Source: Deltaproteobacteria bacterium (GTDB lineage: Bacteria > JADJOY01). From it: DNA of 64,000 nt. The stretch is from positions 42,900 through 106,899 of the forward strand of contig JADJOY010000020.1 in the NCBI GenBank assembly GCA_016713535.1, read 5' to 3'. This document shows, piece by piece, positions 35,408-44,606 of this stretch. The position numbers and the translations under genes are program-made. The notes under the pieces are model-generated. The model made no database searches and had not been told where the DNA came from. It saw only the letters and a list, made by a program, of their open reading frames with translations. Numbering within the stretch: position 1 is the stretch's first letter; every line of letters starts with the position of its first letter.

Positions 35408-36559
35408 ATGACGACCCGACATCGCTACGCGGTACTCGTCGTGGGTGGCGGCGTGATGGGCCTCGCCACGCTGGAGGCGCTGACGCGCCGCACCCGCGCG
35501 CCCGTCGGCCTGCTCGAGCAGCACACCCTCGCCCACTCCCGCGGCAGCTCCCACGGCGCGGTGCGGATCGCGCGCAGCGCCTACGCGGACGCGGTGTACG
35601 CACGCTTGATGCAACGTGCCTACGCCGAGGACTGGCCGCGCCTCGCCGCCGACGCTGGCGAGACGCTACTGCTGGGGAGCCCGGGCTGCTTCTTCGGCGC
35701 CGGCGCCGCGATCGACACCTACCGCGACGCCGTCCGCGCCGCGGGACTCGGCGACGACGCCGTCGAGGAGCTCGCGGTCGACGAGGCGCGGCGCCGCTAC
35801 CCGTCCATGCGCTTCCCGAACGCCGCGTACGTGCTCGACGACCACACCTGCCACGTGGTCGCCGCCGATCGCACCACCGCGGCGCTCGCGCGCCTGGCGA
35901 GGAAGCGCGGCGCCGCGATCCACGAAGGGCACGCGCTGCTGGAGCTCGACCTCGCTGGACGTGGCGTACGCGTGGTCTCGGGCGACGTCGAGATCGACTG
36001 CGACGCGGTCGTGGTGACCGCCGGCCCGTGGGTGCGCCGGCTGGTCCCGAAGCTCGCGCGCCCGCTCACGGCGCTGCGCCAGACCGTCGCGTTCTTCCGG
36101 CCGAGCGCCGATCCCGCAGCCTTCCGGCTGGGGCGCTTTCCGCTGTGGTGCGAGGTCGGCCATGACGACGCGATGCACTACGCACTCCCCGAGCTCGACG
36201 CCGGCCTGCTCAAGATCGCGCGCCATCGCCTCACCGGCCCTGACGACGACCCGGACGCCGACGCCGCGCCCGATCCCGCCGAGGTCGAGCGCCTGCGCGA
36301 GGTGGCGTCGCGAGTGATGACCGTGGCAGTGGGTACCGCCGAGCGCGCCGACACGTGCCTCTACACCTGCACCCCCACGGAGGACTTCGTGATCGGCGCC
36401 CTGCCCGGCGAGCGCCGGGTCGTGATCGGCGCGGGGTTCTCCGGGCATGGCTTCAAGTTCGCGCCGCTCGTGGGCCGTGTGCTCGCCGACCTCGCCCTCG
36501 ATGGGCGAAGCTCGGTGCCGGAATTCGAGGCCGAGCGCGCGCGTTTCGCCGCCGGCTGA
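35408..36559 (+). CDS. FAD-dependent oxidoreductase of the sarcosine oxidase / N-methyltryptophan oxidase (SolA/MTOX) family
   Basis: VVGGGVMGLA dinucleotide fold and GHGFKF near the C-terminus. Start is 5 nt after the previous stop. Confidence 0.85.
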   Translation: MTTRHRYAVLVVGGGVMGLATLEALTRRTRAPVGLLEQHTLAHSRGSSHGAVRIARSAYADAVYARLMQRAYAEDWPRLAADAGETLLLGSPGCFFGAGAAIDTYRDAVRAAGLGDDAVEELAVDEARRRYPSMRFPNAAYVLDDHTCHVVAADRTTAALARLARKRGAAIHEGHALLELDLAGRGVRVVSGDVEIDCDAVVVTAGPWVRRLVPKLARPLTALRQTVAFFRPSADPAAFRLGRFPLWCEVGHDDAMHYALPELDAGLLKIARHRLTGPDDDPDADAAPDPAEVERLREVASRVMTVAVGTAERADTCLYTCTPTEDFVIGALPGERRVVIGAGFSGHGFKFAPLVGRVLADLALDGRSSVPEFEAERARFAAG

Positions 36560-36589
36560 CCGTCGCCTTCCCGCCACCGGAGCCGCGCC

Positions 36590-37360
36590 ATGAGCATCCC
36601 TCTCCACGTCGTCGTCACCGGTGCGTCCGCGGGGATCGGCGCCGGCATCGCGCGCGCCTACGCGCGGGCCGGCGCGCGGCTCTCGCTCGTCGCTCGTCGC
36701 GGCGCGCCGATGCAAGCACTCCTCGACGAGACCGGCGCAACGGGGCGGGTCTTCGAGGCGGACCTCGCGACGCCCGAGCGGTCGACCGTCTGGCTCGCCG
36801 ACGCCATCGCCGCGTTCGGCGAGCCCGACGTCCTCGTCAACAACGCCGGCGCCCAGGTCGTCGGCCACACCGCCGCCGGCGACCCCGACGACGGTGAGCG
36901 CACGCTCCGCCTCAACGTCTTCACGCCGCTTCGTCTGATCCGCGCCGTGCTCCCGGGCATGCTCGAGCGCAAGAGCGGCACGATCGTGAACATCGCGTCG
37001 ATGGCGGCGCTCGCGCCGACCCTCGGCATGACCTACTACAACGCCGGCAAGGCCGGGATCGCCGCCGCGTCCGAGGCGCTGCGCGGCGAGGTGCGCAAGA
37101 GCGGCGTCAACGTGATCACGGTGTACCCGGGACCGATCCCCACCGACATGGGAAACGCGGGCTTCGCCGCCTACGAGCCGACGTGGATGCTCAAGATGCA
37201 GGCGGTCGGCACCGTCGACGAGCTGGCGCGGCGCGTGGTGCGTGCGGTCGAGCGACGCGAGGCGCGAGTGATCTACCCAGGCGGCACCTACACGCTCGCG
37301 CGCTGGATGCCGCCGCTCACGCGCTGGGTGGTCGATCGCTTCACGCCGCCGCTGCGGTAG
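36590..37360 (+). CDS. Short-chain dehydrogenase/reductase (SDR)
   Basis: TGASAGIG, NNAG and YxxxK (YYNAGK) motifs. Confidence 0.9.
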   Translation: MSIPLHVVVTGASAGIGAGIARAYARAGARLSLVARRGAPMQALLDETGATGRVFEADLATPERSTVWLADAIAAFGEPDVLVNNAGAQVVGHTAAGDPDDGERTLRLNVFTPLRLIRAVLPGMLERKSGTIVNIASMAALAPTLGMTYYNAGKAGIAAASEALRGEVRKSGVNVITVYPGPIPTDMGNAGFAAYEPTWMLKMQAVGTVDELARRVVRAVERREARVIYPGGTYTLARWMPPLTRWVVDRFTPPLR

Positions 37361-37378
37361 GTTTTTCGGGGGGCTGTT

Positions 37379-37603
37379 CCAGCCCCCCGCCCGCCGGGAG
37401 TGAATCCCGGCGGGGCCCACCCCCGAGGCACTCGCTGCGCTCGTGGCGTCGCGCTGCGACGCGCAGAGTGCCAAGTCCACCCGTGGCGCGAGCCGGCCGA
37501 GTGGCTTCGCGCTCGAGCACGTTCCAGCCCCCCGCCCGCCGGGAGTGAATCCCGGCGGGGCCCACCCGAGGCACTCGCTACGCTCGTGGCGTCGCGCTGC
37601 GAC
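37379..37603 (+). repeat. Two tandem copies of an approximately 88-bp hairpin element (family B: CCAGCCCCCCGCCCGCCGGGAGTGAATCCCGGCGGGGCCCACCC...GAGGCACTCGCTGCGCTCGTGGCGTCGCGCTGCGACG)
   Basis: Direct duplication visible at about 37379-37466 and about 37511-37603. Each copy contains the stem CCCGCCGGG/CCCGGCGGG. Confidence 0.7.
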
Positions 37604-37760
37604 GGGGGATGGAACCCCCGTCGCTACGATCCTCTTCGTAGCGCGGGGGGCTCCGCCCCCCCGCGGCGCGTCGCTCTCGCGCGATTGCTTCACGGGCCCG
37701 AGGGGAGGAGCACGCGTTGCGTGCCCGGCGATACGCGAGGGCGTCGCAGCGACGGTCCCG
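37601..37760 (+). repeat. REP-like three-hairpin element, family A (GACGGGGGATGGAACCCCCGTC / GCTACGATCCTCTTCGTAGC / CGCGGGGGGCTCCGCCCCCCCGCG) plus tail module
   Basis: Hairpin order is the reverse complement of the 20545-20625 copy. The tail matches 27820-27900 and 41292-41330. Confidence 0.7.
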
Positions 37761-37777
37761 TCGATCTCCGCGCGGCG

Positions 37778-38857
37778 TCACACTCGTGATCGCGGCCGCC
37801 ACCCTCGGAGATCGACGAACCGGTACGCCCCGGAGAGCCGCCGCCCGGCGCGCATCGCGGCTCGCGCCGACGGCTCGTTGCCCTCGACGACGTGGCCGTA
37901 GAGGACCGCGTCGTCGGGTGCGTCGACCAGGTCGGCCATGCGCCGGTGGACGTGCGCCGCGAGGCCCCGTCCTCGCGCCGCCGCCGTGAGCGCGGCCTCG
38001 AGCACGCACAGGCCGTCGAAGAAGAGCTCGCTCGTCGGCGTGTAGGCGAACAACCCCGCCCACTCGCCGTCGAGGTGCACCTCCACGACCAACCCGTTCC
38101 GCGCCGCAGCCGAGAGGTCGTCTTGCTCCTCGTGCCACACCGAGCGTGGCCGATGGATCGGCGATCGACCTCGTAGCTCTTCGTAGACCTCGCGGTAGCG
38201 CGCGTAGCTGTCGCTCGAGACCGCCTCGACGCGCGTCACCTCGATCGCGGTTGAGCTCGGCGGTAGCTCGACCGAGCGGAGCTGCCCGAGGGTGGCGGCG
38301 AAGATGCGCACGTCACACGCGACGCGACGGTGACTGAGCGCGCGCAGCTCGCCGTCGTCGGGGTCGAAGATCCGGATCGCGCGCGGCGCCAGGTGGGCAT
38401 AGGCGTCCGCGAGCGCGCGCTCGACGATCTCCCAGCCGTTGCGGTCCACGATCGAGATGGTCGAGTGGTCGATCTGGACGAACGGCCAGTCGAGGTCGCC
38501 GCCGCGAAACCTGAGCGACGTCACCAGCCACTGCGCCACTCCGATCGGCAGCAGCTTGAACGCGTAGTCCTCGAGCTCGGCGCCGGCGAGCGGACAGGCG
38601 CGGCGGAACTCGCGCGCGAACTCGATGTTCGCGACGCGCGCCAGGTCCTCGCGCACCTGCCGCTCCGCTGCATCCCGCAGCCGCCGCGGGGCGACCTCGT
38701 GACGCAGCCACGCCGGCGCGAGTCCGAGCTGGCGCTCGACGCAGCCGTCCACCAGCGTCTCGCTGACGCTCCAGCTCGCGTGCATGTCGATATCGTAGCC
38801 CCAAGTCGCGACCCGCGCTCTCGGCAGGATTTGCGGGATCGCGCCGTCGGGTGACAC
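37778..38857 (-). CDS. Two-domain protein with a C-terminal GNAT-type acetyltransferase fold, hypothetical
   Basis: C-terminal ...LYGHVVEGNEPSARAAMRAGRRLSGAYRF is GNAT-like. The start may be M1 (38857) or M25 (38785). Confidence 0.6.
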   Translation of the reverse strand: MSPDGAIPQILPRARVATWGYDIDMHASWSVSETLVDGCVERQLGLAPAWLRHEVAPRRLRDAAERQVREDLARVANIEFAREFRRACPLAGAELEDYAFKLLPIGVAQWLVTSLRFRGGDLDWPFVQIDHSTISIVDRNGWEIVERALADAYAHLAPRAIRIFDPDDGELRALSHRRVACDVRIFAATLGQLRSVELPPSSTAIEVTRVEAVSSDSYARYREVYEELRGRSPIHRPRSVWHEEQDDLSAAARNGLVVEVHLDGEWAGLFAYTPTSELFFDGLCVLEAALTAAARGRGLAAHVHRRMADLVDAPDDAVLYGHVVEGNEPSARAAMRAGRRLSGAYRFVDLRGWRPRSRV

Positions 38858-38910
38858 GCTCGCCGGCTCGCGGCGGGGCGGTCCCCGCCACGCGGGAGGA
38901 GGAGCCCGTC

Positions 38911-39495
38911 ATGGACGTGAGGCCAGTCACCCTCGAAGGTCGCTTCGTGTCGCTGGTGCCCATGGAGGCCGCTCACGCCGACGCGTTCGTGGAGATCGGC
39001 CTCGGCCACGACCTCTTCCGGTGGTACCCGTGGGCGGTCGAGACCGAGCCCGACATGCGCGAGTTCATCGCGCGGATCCTGCGCTTCCGCGACGAGGGCA
39101 CGTGGCTGCCGTTCACGACGATCGACCGCGCGAGTGGACGCATCGCCGGCTCCACGAGCTTCCTCGCCATCGACCGCGGCCACCGTCGCCTCGAGATCGG
39201 CTCCACCTGGCTCGCGCCCGAGTGGCAGCGCACCCGCTGCAACACCGAGGCGAAGTACCTCCAGCTCCGCCACTGCTTCGAGGACCTCGGCTGCGTCCGC
39301 GTCGAGTTCAAGACCGACTCGCTGAACGAGCGCTCGCGCGCAGCGCTGCTCAGGATCGGTGCGGTCGAGGAAGGCACCTTCCGGAACCACATGATCTGCC
39401 CGGGGCCGCGCCTCCGGCACAGCGTCTACTTCAGCGTCATCGACTCGGACTGGCCCGCCGTGAAGCGCCAGCTCGAGGACAAGCTCGCGCGGTAG
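38911..39495 (+). CDS. GNAT-family N-acetyltransferase (RimJ/RimL-like)
   Basis: SD GGGAGGAGGAG. MDVRPVTLEGRFVSL..., with typical acetyltransf_3 architecture. Confidence 0.85.
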   Translation: MDVRPVTLEGRFVSLVPMEAAHADAFVEIGLGHDLFRWYPWAVETEPDMREFIARILRFRDEGTWLPFTTIDRASGRIAGSTSFLAIDRGHRRLEIGSTWLAPEWQRTRCNTEAKYLQLRHCFEDLGCVRVEFKTDSLNERSRAALLRIGAVEEGTFRNHMICPGPRLRHSVYFSVIDSDWPAVKRQLEDKLAR

Positions 39496-39596
39496 AGGCC
39501 GTCGGCGGGGCGCGCGGCTGCGCTCCTGCCGAGACGCGACGACTCCCCCGCCCGAGCGGGTACCCGGGAGACTCGACGCACCAACTTAAAGAGTGA

Positions 39597-39632
39597 CTTG
39601 TCAGTTTGTTTTCGTGTTGCTAGGATCGCGGA
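39597..39632 (+). promoter_or_regulatory. Sigma70-like promoter (TTGTCA-N17-TAGGAT) with embedded TGAC-tt-GTCA palindrome (candidate TetR operator). It predicts a leaderless tetR mRNA.
   Basis: The -35 and -10 hexamers are 17 nt apart. The ATG at 39634 lies about 8-10 nt after the -10, leaving no room for an SD. Confidence 0.4.
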
Positions 39633-39633
39633 C

Positions 39634-40314
39634 ATGAAGACGTCCACCATGGCGGCCGCCCGCACGGTTTCCCCCGCGGCACGCAGGGCTCCCGCGGCGC
39701 GCCGCCGCACCCAGGCCGAGCGTCGCGCGACCACGCGCGCGCGCCTCCTCGAGGCGGCACTCGATGCGCTCGTCGAGCACGGCTACGCGGGCTTCACCAC
39801 GACGGTCGTGGGCAAGACCGCGGGCCTCAGCCAGGGCGCCCTGTTCCTCCACTTCCCGACCAAGTCCGTGCTGCTCGCCGCCACCATCGAGCATCTCTTC
39901 CTCGACATGGTGAGCGCCTACGAGAAGCGCTTCGCGCGCCTCGACGGAGCCCGCGACCGCCTCACCAGCGCGCTCGAGCTGCTGTGGGACGTGTTCCAGG
40001 ATCCGCGGCTCCTCGCCGCCTTCGAGCTCTTCACCGCGTCGCGCACCGACGGCGAGCTGCGCGCCAGCCTGGCCCCCGTCCTCGCCCGCCACGGCGAGAA
40101 CCTGCGCGCCGTCGCGGCGGCGCTGCTCCCGGAGGCGGCGGCGCAGCCGGAGCGCTTCGAGCTCTGCGTCGGCCTCGTGATGATGGCCATGCAGGGCATG
40201 GCGCTGAGCTCGATCGTGGAGCCGGCGAGCGACCGCGCCCGCCCGGCGATCCCCTTCCTCACCGAGGCCTACCACCGCCTGCTCGCGCCCGCGCCATCGC
40301 GGGCCGGACGCTGA
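39634..40314 (+). CDS. TetR/AcrR-family transcriptional regulator
   Basis: N-terminal HTH (RATTRARLLEAALDALVEHGYAGFTTTVVGKTAGLSQGALFLHFPTK). Confidence 0.85.
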   Translation: MKTSTMAAARTVSPAARRAPAARRRTQAERRATTRARLLEAALDALVEHGYAGFTTTVVGKTAGLSQGALFLHFPTKSVLLAATIEHLFLDMVSAYEKRFARLDGARDRLTSALELLWDVFQDPRLLAAFELFTASRTDGELRASLAPVLARHGENLRAVAAALLPEAAAQPERFELCVGLVMMAMQGMALSSIVEPASDRARPAIPFLTEAYHRLLAPAPSRAGR

Positions 40315-40351
40315 CCCCACCGACCTCGCCCCCCGAACCACGAAGGCCGCC

Positions 40352-41222
40352 ATGCAAAGCAACCCGATCTACTACGCCATCCCGTTCTTCTTCGCGACCA
40401 TGCTCGGCGAGGCGCTCTGGCTGCGCCGCGACCGCAGTCGCGGACGTCCCTACGAGACCCGCGACACCGCGGCGAGCCTGTCGATGGGTGTGGGCTACCT
40501 GGTGGTGGCGCTCTTCTGGAAAGGGGTCGAGCTCGCGATCTTCTCGGCCTTCTACCAGGTCCGGCTCTTCGATCCCAGGTACCGGTCCGTGGGCGTGGCT
40601 GGCGGTGATGATCGGCTGGGACCTCTGCTACTACGCCTACCATCGCGCAGGACACGTGGTGCGGCTCTTCTGGGCCACGCACGTGAACCACCACTCGAGC
40701 CAGCGCTACAACCTCTCGACCGCGCTGCGCCAGACCTGGACGCCCTACCTCGGCTTCGTCTTCTACGTGCCGCTCGCGATCCTCGGCTTCCGCCCCGAGA
40801 TGATCCTGATCGCGGGCGCCTGGAACCTGCTCTACCAGTACTGGATCCACACCGAGGTGGTCGATCGCCTACCGGCGTGGTTCGAGGCGGTCTTCAACAC
40901 GCCGTCCCACCACCGCGTCCACCACGGCACCAACGCCGAGTACCTCGACAGGAACTACGCCGGGATCCTGATCGTGTGGGACAAGATGTTCGGCACCTTC
41001 GAGCCCGAGGTGGCGCGGCCGATCTACGGACTCACCAAGAACATCGAGACGTACAATCCGGTGGACGTGGCCTTCCACGAATGGCGGGCGATGTTCCGCG
41101 ACGTCGCGCGCGCGACGCGCTGGACGGACCGCCTCCACCTGCTGTTCAGCCACCCCGGCTGGAAGCCAGCGGGCGTGTCGAGCGCCGACGAGCTCGCCTC
41201 GCTTCCCAGCGCGGCGGCCTGA
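40352..41222 (+). CDS. Fatty-acid hydroxylase / sterol-desaturase superfamily membrane protein (His-box); apparent frameshift near 40570
   Basis: His boxes HRAGH, HVNHHSS and HHRVHHG lie in the frame of ORF 39984..41222. The N-terminal TM region (MQSNPIYYAIPFFFATMLGEALWL...) lies in the 40352 frame. Confidence 0.75.
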
Positions 41223-41249
41223 CGCGTCGTCATCGGACCGCCGGAGCCG

Positions 41250-41330
41250 ATCCATCGTTTTCGTGGCGCGGGGGGCTCCGTCCCCCCGCGGCGCTTCGCT
41301 CTTGCCCGAGGTCTTCACGGCCTCTCCGTC
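41250..41330 (+). repeat. Partial REP family A copy (hairpin CGCGGGGGGCTCCGTCCCCCCGCG plus tail)
   Basis: Aligns with 37643-37700. Confidence 0.5.
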
Positions 41331-41378
41331 GGGCCGCTCCACCTCCGAGTCCTCGCGGCGGCGCGAACGGTTCCCCTC

Positions 41379-41807
41379 TCAGCCGTCCGGCACCACGACC
41401 ACGACGTTGTTGCCGTTTTGATTCGGGAACCCGGTCGCGAGCCAGTAGGTGAACTCGATCCGGATCCGGTAGCGCCCGGGGGCCGCGTCGTCGTGGGCCC
41501 TCACCGCGACGTTCGCCGAGCACTCGTGCGAGCCCGACTTGCCCAGGCCGTGGATGGCCACGTCGAGCTCCGCGAGCGCCGTCTGGGTGTCGAAGTTGCC
41601 GAGGTCCGGAAACGCGAGCAGGCACTCGAGCACGTCGCGGATGCCGTCGTGACCGTTCGACGTGTCGACTCGCAGCACCAGCTCCGCTTCCTCGCCAGGC
41701 GCGAGCTCGAGCTCCGCCCGCGGCTCGTCGTTGTCACCACACGAAGGGAGAGCGAGCGCCGCGAGTGCCCCGACCGTCGCCGCCGCGATCCGCGCGCGCC
41801 GTCTCAT
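41379..41807 (-). CDS. Small lipoprotein (lipobox LPSC), hypothetical; last gene of the Phe/Tyr operon
   Basis: MRRRARIAAATVGALAALALPSC. ATGA overlap with the maiA stop. Confidence 0.55.
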   Translation of the reverse strand: MRRRARIAAATVGALAALALPSCGDNDEPRAELELAPGEEAELVLRVDTSNGHDGIRDVLECLLAFPDLGNFDTQTALAELDVAIHGLGKSGSHECSANVAVRAHDDAAPGRYRIRIEFTYWLATGFPNQNGNNVVVVVPDG

Positions 41808-42445
41808 GGCCGGGCATCCGGCTGCTGGTCGGGGTGCGCCTTCTGGAAGGACTCGAGCGCCAGGCACTCGGCCTCGATCCGGGTGAGGGTCGGAAAGGCT
41901 TCCAGATCGCACTCCACGCGGCGTGCGTTGCCGAGCTGCGGCACCAGCAGCACGTCGGCCATCGTCACCCGATCTCCGTGGCAGAACCGTCCCGTCGACG
42001 GGCTGCGCGCCACCAGCTCCTCGAACGCCGCGAGACCCGCCGTCATCCAGTGACGGAACCACGTGAGGCGCTCCTCCTCGGTGTGACCGAGCTTCTCGAT
42101 CAGGTAGAGACCGACGCGGGTGTTCTGGAGCGGGTGGACGTCACACGCGATCAGGTCCGCGAGCGCCCGCACCCGCGCCCGTTCGTGAGGCGGCGTGGGC
42201 AGGAGCGGCGGCGAGGGATGTGTCTCCTCGAGGTACTCGAGGATCGCGAGCGACTGGTGGAAGAGCCGGTCGCCATCCACGAGCGTCGGCACCAGGCCCT
42301 GCGGGTTCACGTCACGGTACCTCGCGTCGAGCTGCTCGCCCGCGAGCAGATTGATCGGAACGACCTCGAAGGGGATGCCCTTGTGGTGGAGCGCGATCCG
42401 CACCCGGTAGACCGCCGACGACCGCCAGTACCCGTAGAGCTTCAT
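41804..42445 (-). CDS. maiA: Maleylacetoacetate isomerase (zeta-class GST)
   Basis: MKLYGYWRSSAVYRVRIAL...GLVPTL...SLAILEYLEE. Typical GST-zeta N-terminus. Confidence 0.9.
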   Translation of the reverse strand: MKLYGYWRSSAVYRVRIALHHKGIPFEVVPINLLAGEQLDARYRDVNPQGLVPTLVDGDRLFHQSLAILEYLEETHPSPPLLPTPPHERARVRALADLIACDVHPLQNTRVGLYLIEKLGHTEEERLTWFRHWMTAGLAAFEELVARSPSTGRFCHGDRVTMADVLLVPQLGNARRVECDLEAFPTLTRIEAECLALESFQKAHPDQQPDARP

Positions 42446-43449
42446 CCGTCCTCCCCCGCCTCGCCGCCGGCGCGCGCCACCACGCGCTGCTCGATGGCAC
42501 CGAAGAGCGAGCGGCCCTGGTGGTCTAGCATCTCGATCCGCACCACATCACCGGGCGCCAGGAACGGCGTGCTCGCCGCGCCCCGGTCGAGGAGCTCGAG
42601 CATCCGCCGCTCCGCGAGGCAACTCGAGCCACGGCTGCGGTCGCGGTTCGAGACGGTACCGGAGCCGAGGATCGTGCCGGCGCCGAGGCGACGCGTGCGC
42701 GCCGCGTGCGCGATCAGCGTCGGGAAGTCGAAGTCCATGTCGGCACCGGCATCCGGGCGGCCGAAGAGGGCCCCGTTCAGGTGCGTCACGAGCGGCGCGT
42801 GAACGCGCCGCCCGTCCCACGCCTCGCCGAGCTCGTCGAGCGTGGCGAACACGGGTGAGAACGCACTCGACGGCTTGCTCTGGAAGAAGCCGAAACCCTT
42901 GGCGAGCTCGGCCGGGATGAGGTTGCGGAGCGAGACGTCGTTGACGAGGCCGATGAGGCGGATCCGCGAGCCGGCCGCCGCCGGCGTCGCACCCCGCGCG
43001 ACGTCGTCCGTCACGACCACCACCTCGGCCTCGAAGTCGAGGCCCCACGCCGGGTCGACGCACTCGATGGGATCGTGCGCCCCGAGCATCGTGTCCGAGC
43101 CGCCCTGGTAGAGCAGCGGGTCGGTACGCAGCTCCGCCGGCAGCTCGACTCCCCTTGCCTTCCGTACCAGCTCGACGTGGTTGAGGTAGGCGCTGCCGTC
43201 CGCCCACTGGTAGGCGCGCGGCAGCGGCGCCGCGAGCTCGGCGGCGTCGAGGTGGAAGACGTCCTCGCCGCGTCCCTCTTCGAGCGCCGCCGCGACCTCC
43301 GCGAGGCGCGGCGCGATCGCGTCCCAGTCGTCGAGGGCGTGCTGGAGCGTGGGACAGAGGTCGAGCGGCGCGACCGCCAGCCGCAGGTCGCGCGACACCA
43401 CGACCAGCGTGCCGTCACGACCGCCGGTGCGCAGACTGCCGAGCTTCAC
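42442..43449 (-). CDS. Fumarylacetoacetate hydrolase (FAH) family protein, probable fumarylacetoacetase of the pathway
   Basis: FAH-fold motifs. GTG start overlaps the hmgA stop as GTGA; its own stop overlaps the maiA ATG. Confidence 0.8.
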   Translation of the reverse strand: MKLGSLRTGGRDGTLVVVSRDLRLAVAPLDLCPTLQHALDDWDAIAPRLAEVAAALEEGRGEDVFHLDAAELAAPLPRAYQWADGSAYLNHVELVRKARGVELPAELRTDPLLYQGGSDTMLGAHDPIECVDPAWGLDFEAEVVVVTDDVARGATPAAAGSRIRLIGLVNDVSLRNLIPAELAKGFGFFQSKPSSAFSPVFATLDELGEAWDGRRVHAPLVTHLNGALFGRPDAGADMDFDFPTLIAHAARTRRLGAGTILGSGTVSNRDRSRGSSCLAERRMLELLDRGAASTPFLAPGDVVRIEMLDHQGRSLFGAIEQRVVARAGGEAGEDG

Positions 43450-44606
43450 CGCGGCGCCGATCCCGGCGGCGCGCCCGCGCCACCCTCCGCTCGCCACGAG
43501 TCCACGTATCCCTCCCACTCCACACCGTCCGGCAGCACCGCGGGACGGAGCGCGTCGCGCGCGTCGATCATCACCGCGACCTCGTCGGTCTCGGCGCGAG
43601 TCCCCCGCTCGGCGGCGGCCAGAGCACTCGGGTGTGGCCCGTGGGTGAAGCCCGCGGGGTGGAAGGTCACCATGCCGGGGTGGACGTGGTCACGGCTCAC
43701 GAACGTGCCGCGATGGTAGAAGAGCACCTCGTCGTAGTCGTCGTTGTTGTGGAAGAAGGGAAGCTTGAGCGCGCCGGGATCGCGCTCGAGCGGCCGCGGC
43801 ACGAACGTGCACACCACGAACCGCTCGCTCACGAAGGTGGTGTGAATGGACGGCGGCAGGTGCATGCGGGCGCTCACGATCGGACGGATGTCGCGCCAGT
43901 TGAGGCGCACCGGCGCGTGATCGCCGTGCCAGCCCACCGCGTCGAGCGGGTTGAACGGGAACGTCACGGTGCTCAGCGCTCCCTGGCGCCGGATCACCAC
44001 GCGCCACACCTCGTCGCGCTGCTGGGCGCGGAAAGCGTCGTCGAGCGCGGGGACGTCGAGGACCGCCGGATCGAAGAGCGCGTGGCGCCCGATCAGCCCT
44101 CGGTCGGGCAACCCGTAGCTATCGCCGGTGGCCTCGACCAGCAGCAGCGTCGCGTCGCCGGCCGGCTCGAGCCTCCACATCGTTCCGCGCGGCAGCACCA
44201 GGTAGTCGCCCTCGCGTAGCGTGAGGTGTCCGTAGTCGCAGAAGAGCTCGCCACCCCCCTCGTGCACGAACAGCAGGTCGTCGCCGTCACCGTTGCGGAT
44301 CAGGCTCTCCATCGCCCCGTCGGTGTGCCACCACCGGATGCGGAGCGCGGCGCTCGCCAGCACCTCGGGCGCGTCCCACGGCGAGCGGCGGCGCGCGCCG
44401 AGCCGGGTGAGGTCGAACGCGCGCGGCCGTAGCGGACCCTCCCAGCTCGTCCAGGCGGTCGGGGGATGACGGTGGTGCATGTGGGTGGCGGCGCCGTAGA
44501 ACCCGTCGCGCCCGAGCTCGCGCTCGAACGTGCCGGCCGGCAGATCGGCGTGCGCCTGGCGCGAGGCCGTCCCCTCGCGGCGCGACGCCGGGAAGCTGCG
44601 CTTCAC
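43446..44606 (-). CDS. hmgA: Homogentisate 1,2-dioxygenase (divergent HmgA type)
   Basis: Bicupin blocks align with HmgA (GDGDDLLFVHEGGGEL...YLVLPRGTMWRL; NPLDAVGWHGDHAP; FFHNNDDYDEVLFYHRG...HPAGFTHGPH). GTG start overlaps the hppD stop. Confidence 0.75.
   Translation of the reverse strand: MKRSFPASRREGTASRQAHADLPAGTFERELGRDGFYGAATHMHHRHPPTAWTSWEGPLRPRAFDLTRLGARRRSPWDAPEVLASAALRIRWWHTDGAMESLIRNGDGDDLLFVHEGGGELFCDYGHLTLREGDYLVLPRGTMWRLEPAGDATLLLVEATGDSYGLPDRGLIGRHALFDPAVLDVPALDDAFRAQQRDEVWRVVIRRQGALSTVTFPFNPLDAVGWHGDHAPVRLNWRDIRPIVSARMHLPPSIHTTFVSERFVVCTFVPRPLERDPGALKLPFFHNNDDYDEVLFYHRGTFVSRDHVHPGMVTFHPAGFTHGPHPSALAAAERGTRAETDEVAVMIDARDALRPAVLPDGVEWEGYVDSWRAEGGAGAPPGSAPR

Noticed and set aside
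37395-37420. tRNA-like T-arm motif GGGAGTGAATCCCGG inside family B repeats, and GGTTCGGGGTTCC at about 20870
   Set aside because: No acceptor stem, D-arm or anticodon arm can be built around them; they are hairpin loops of the REP-like elements.
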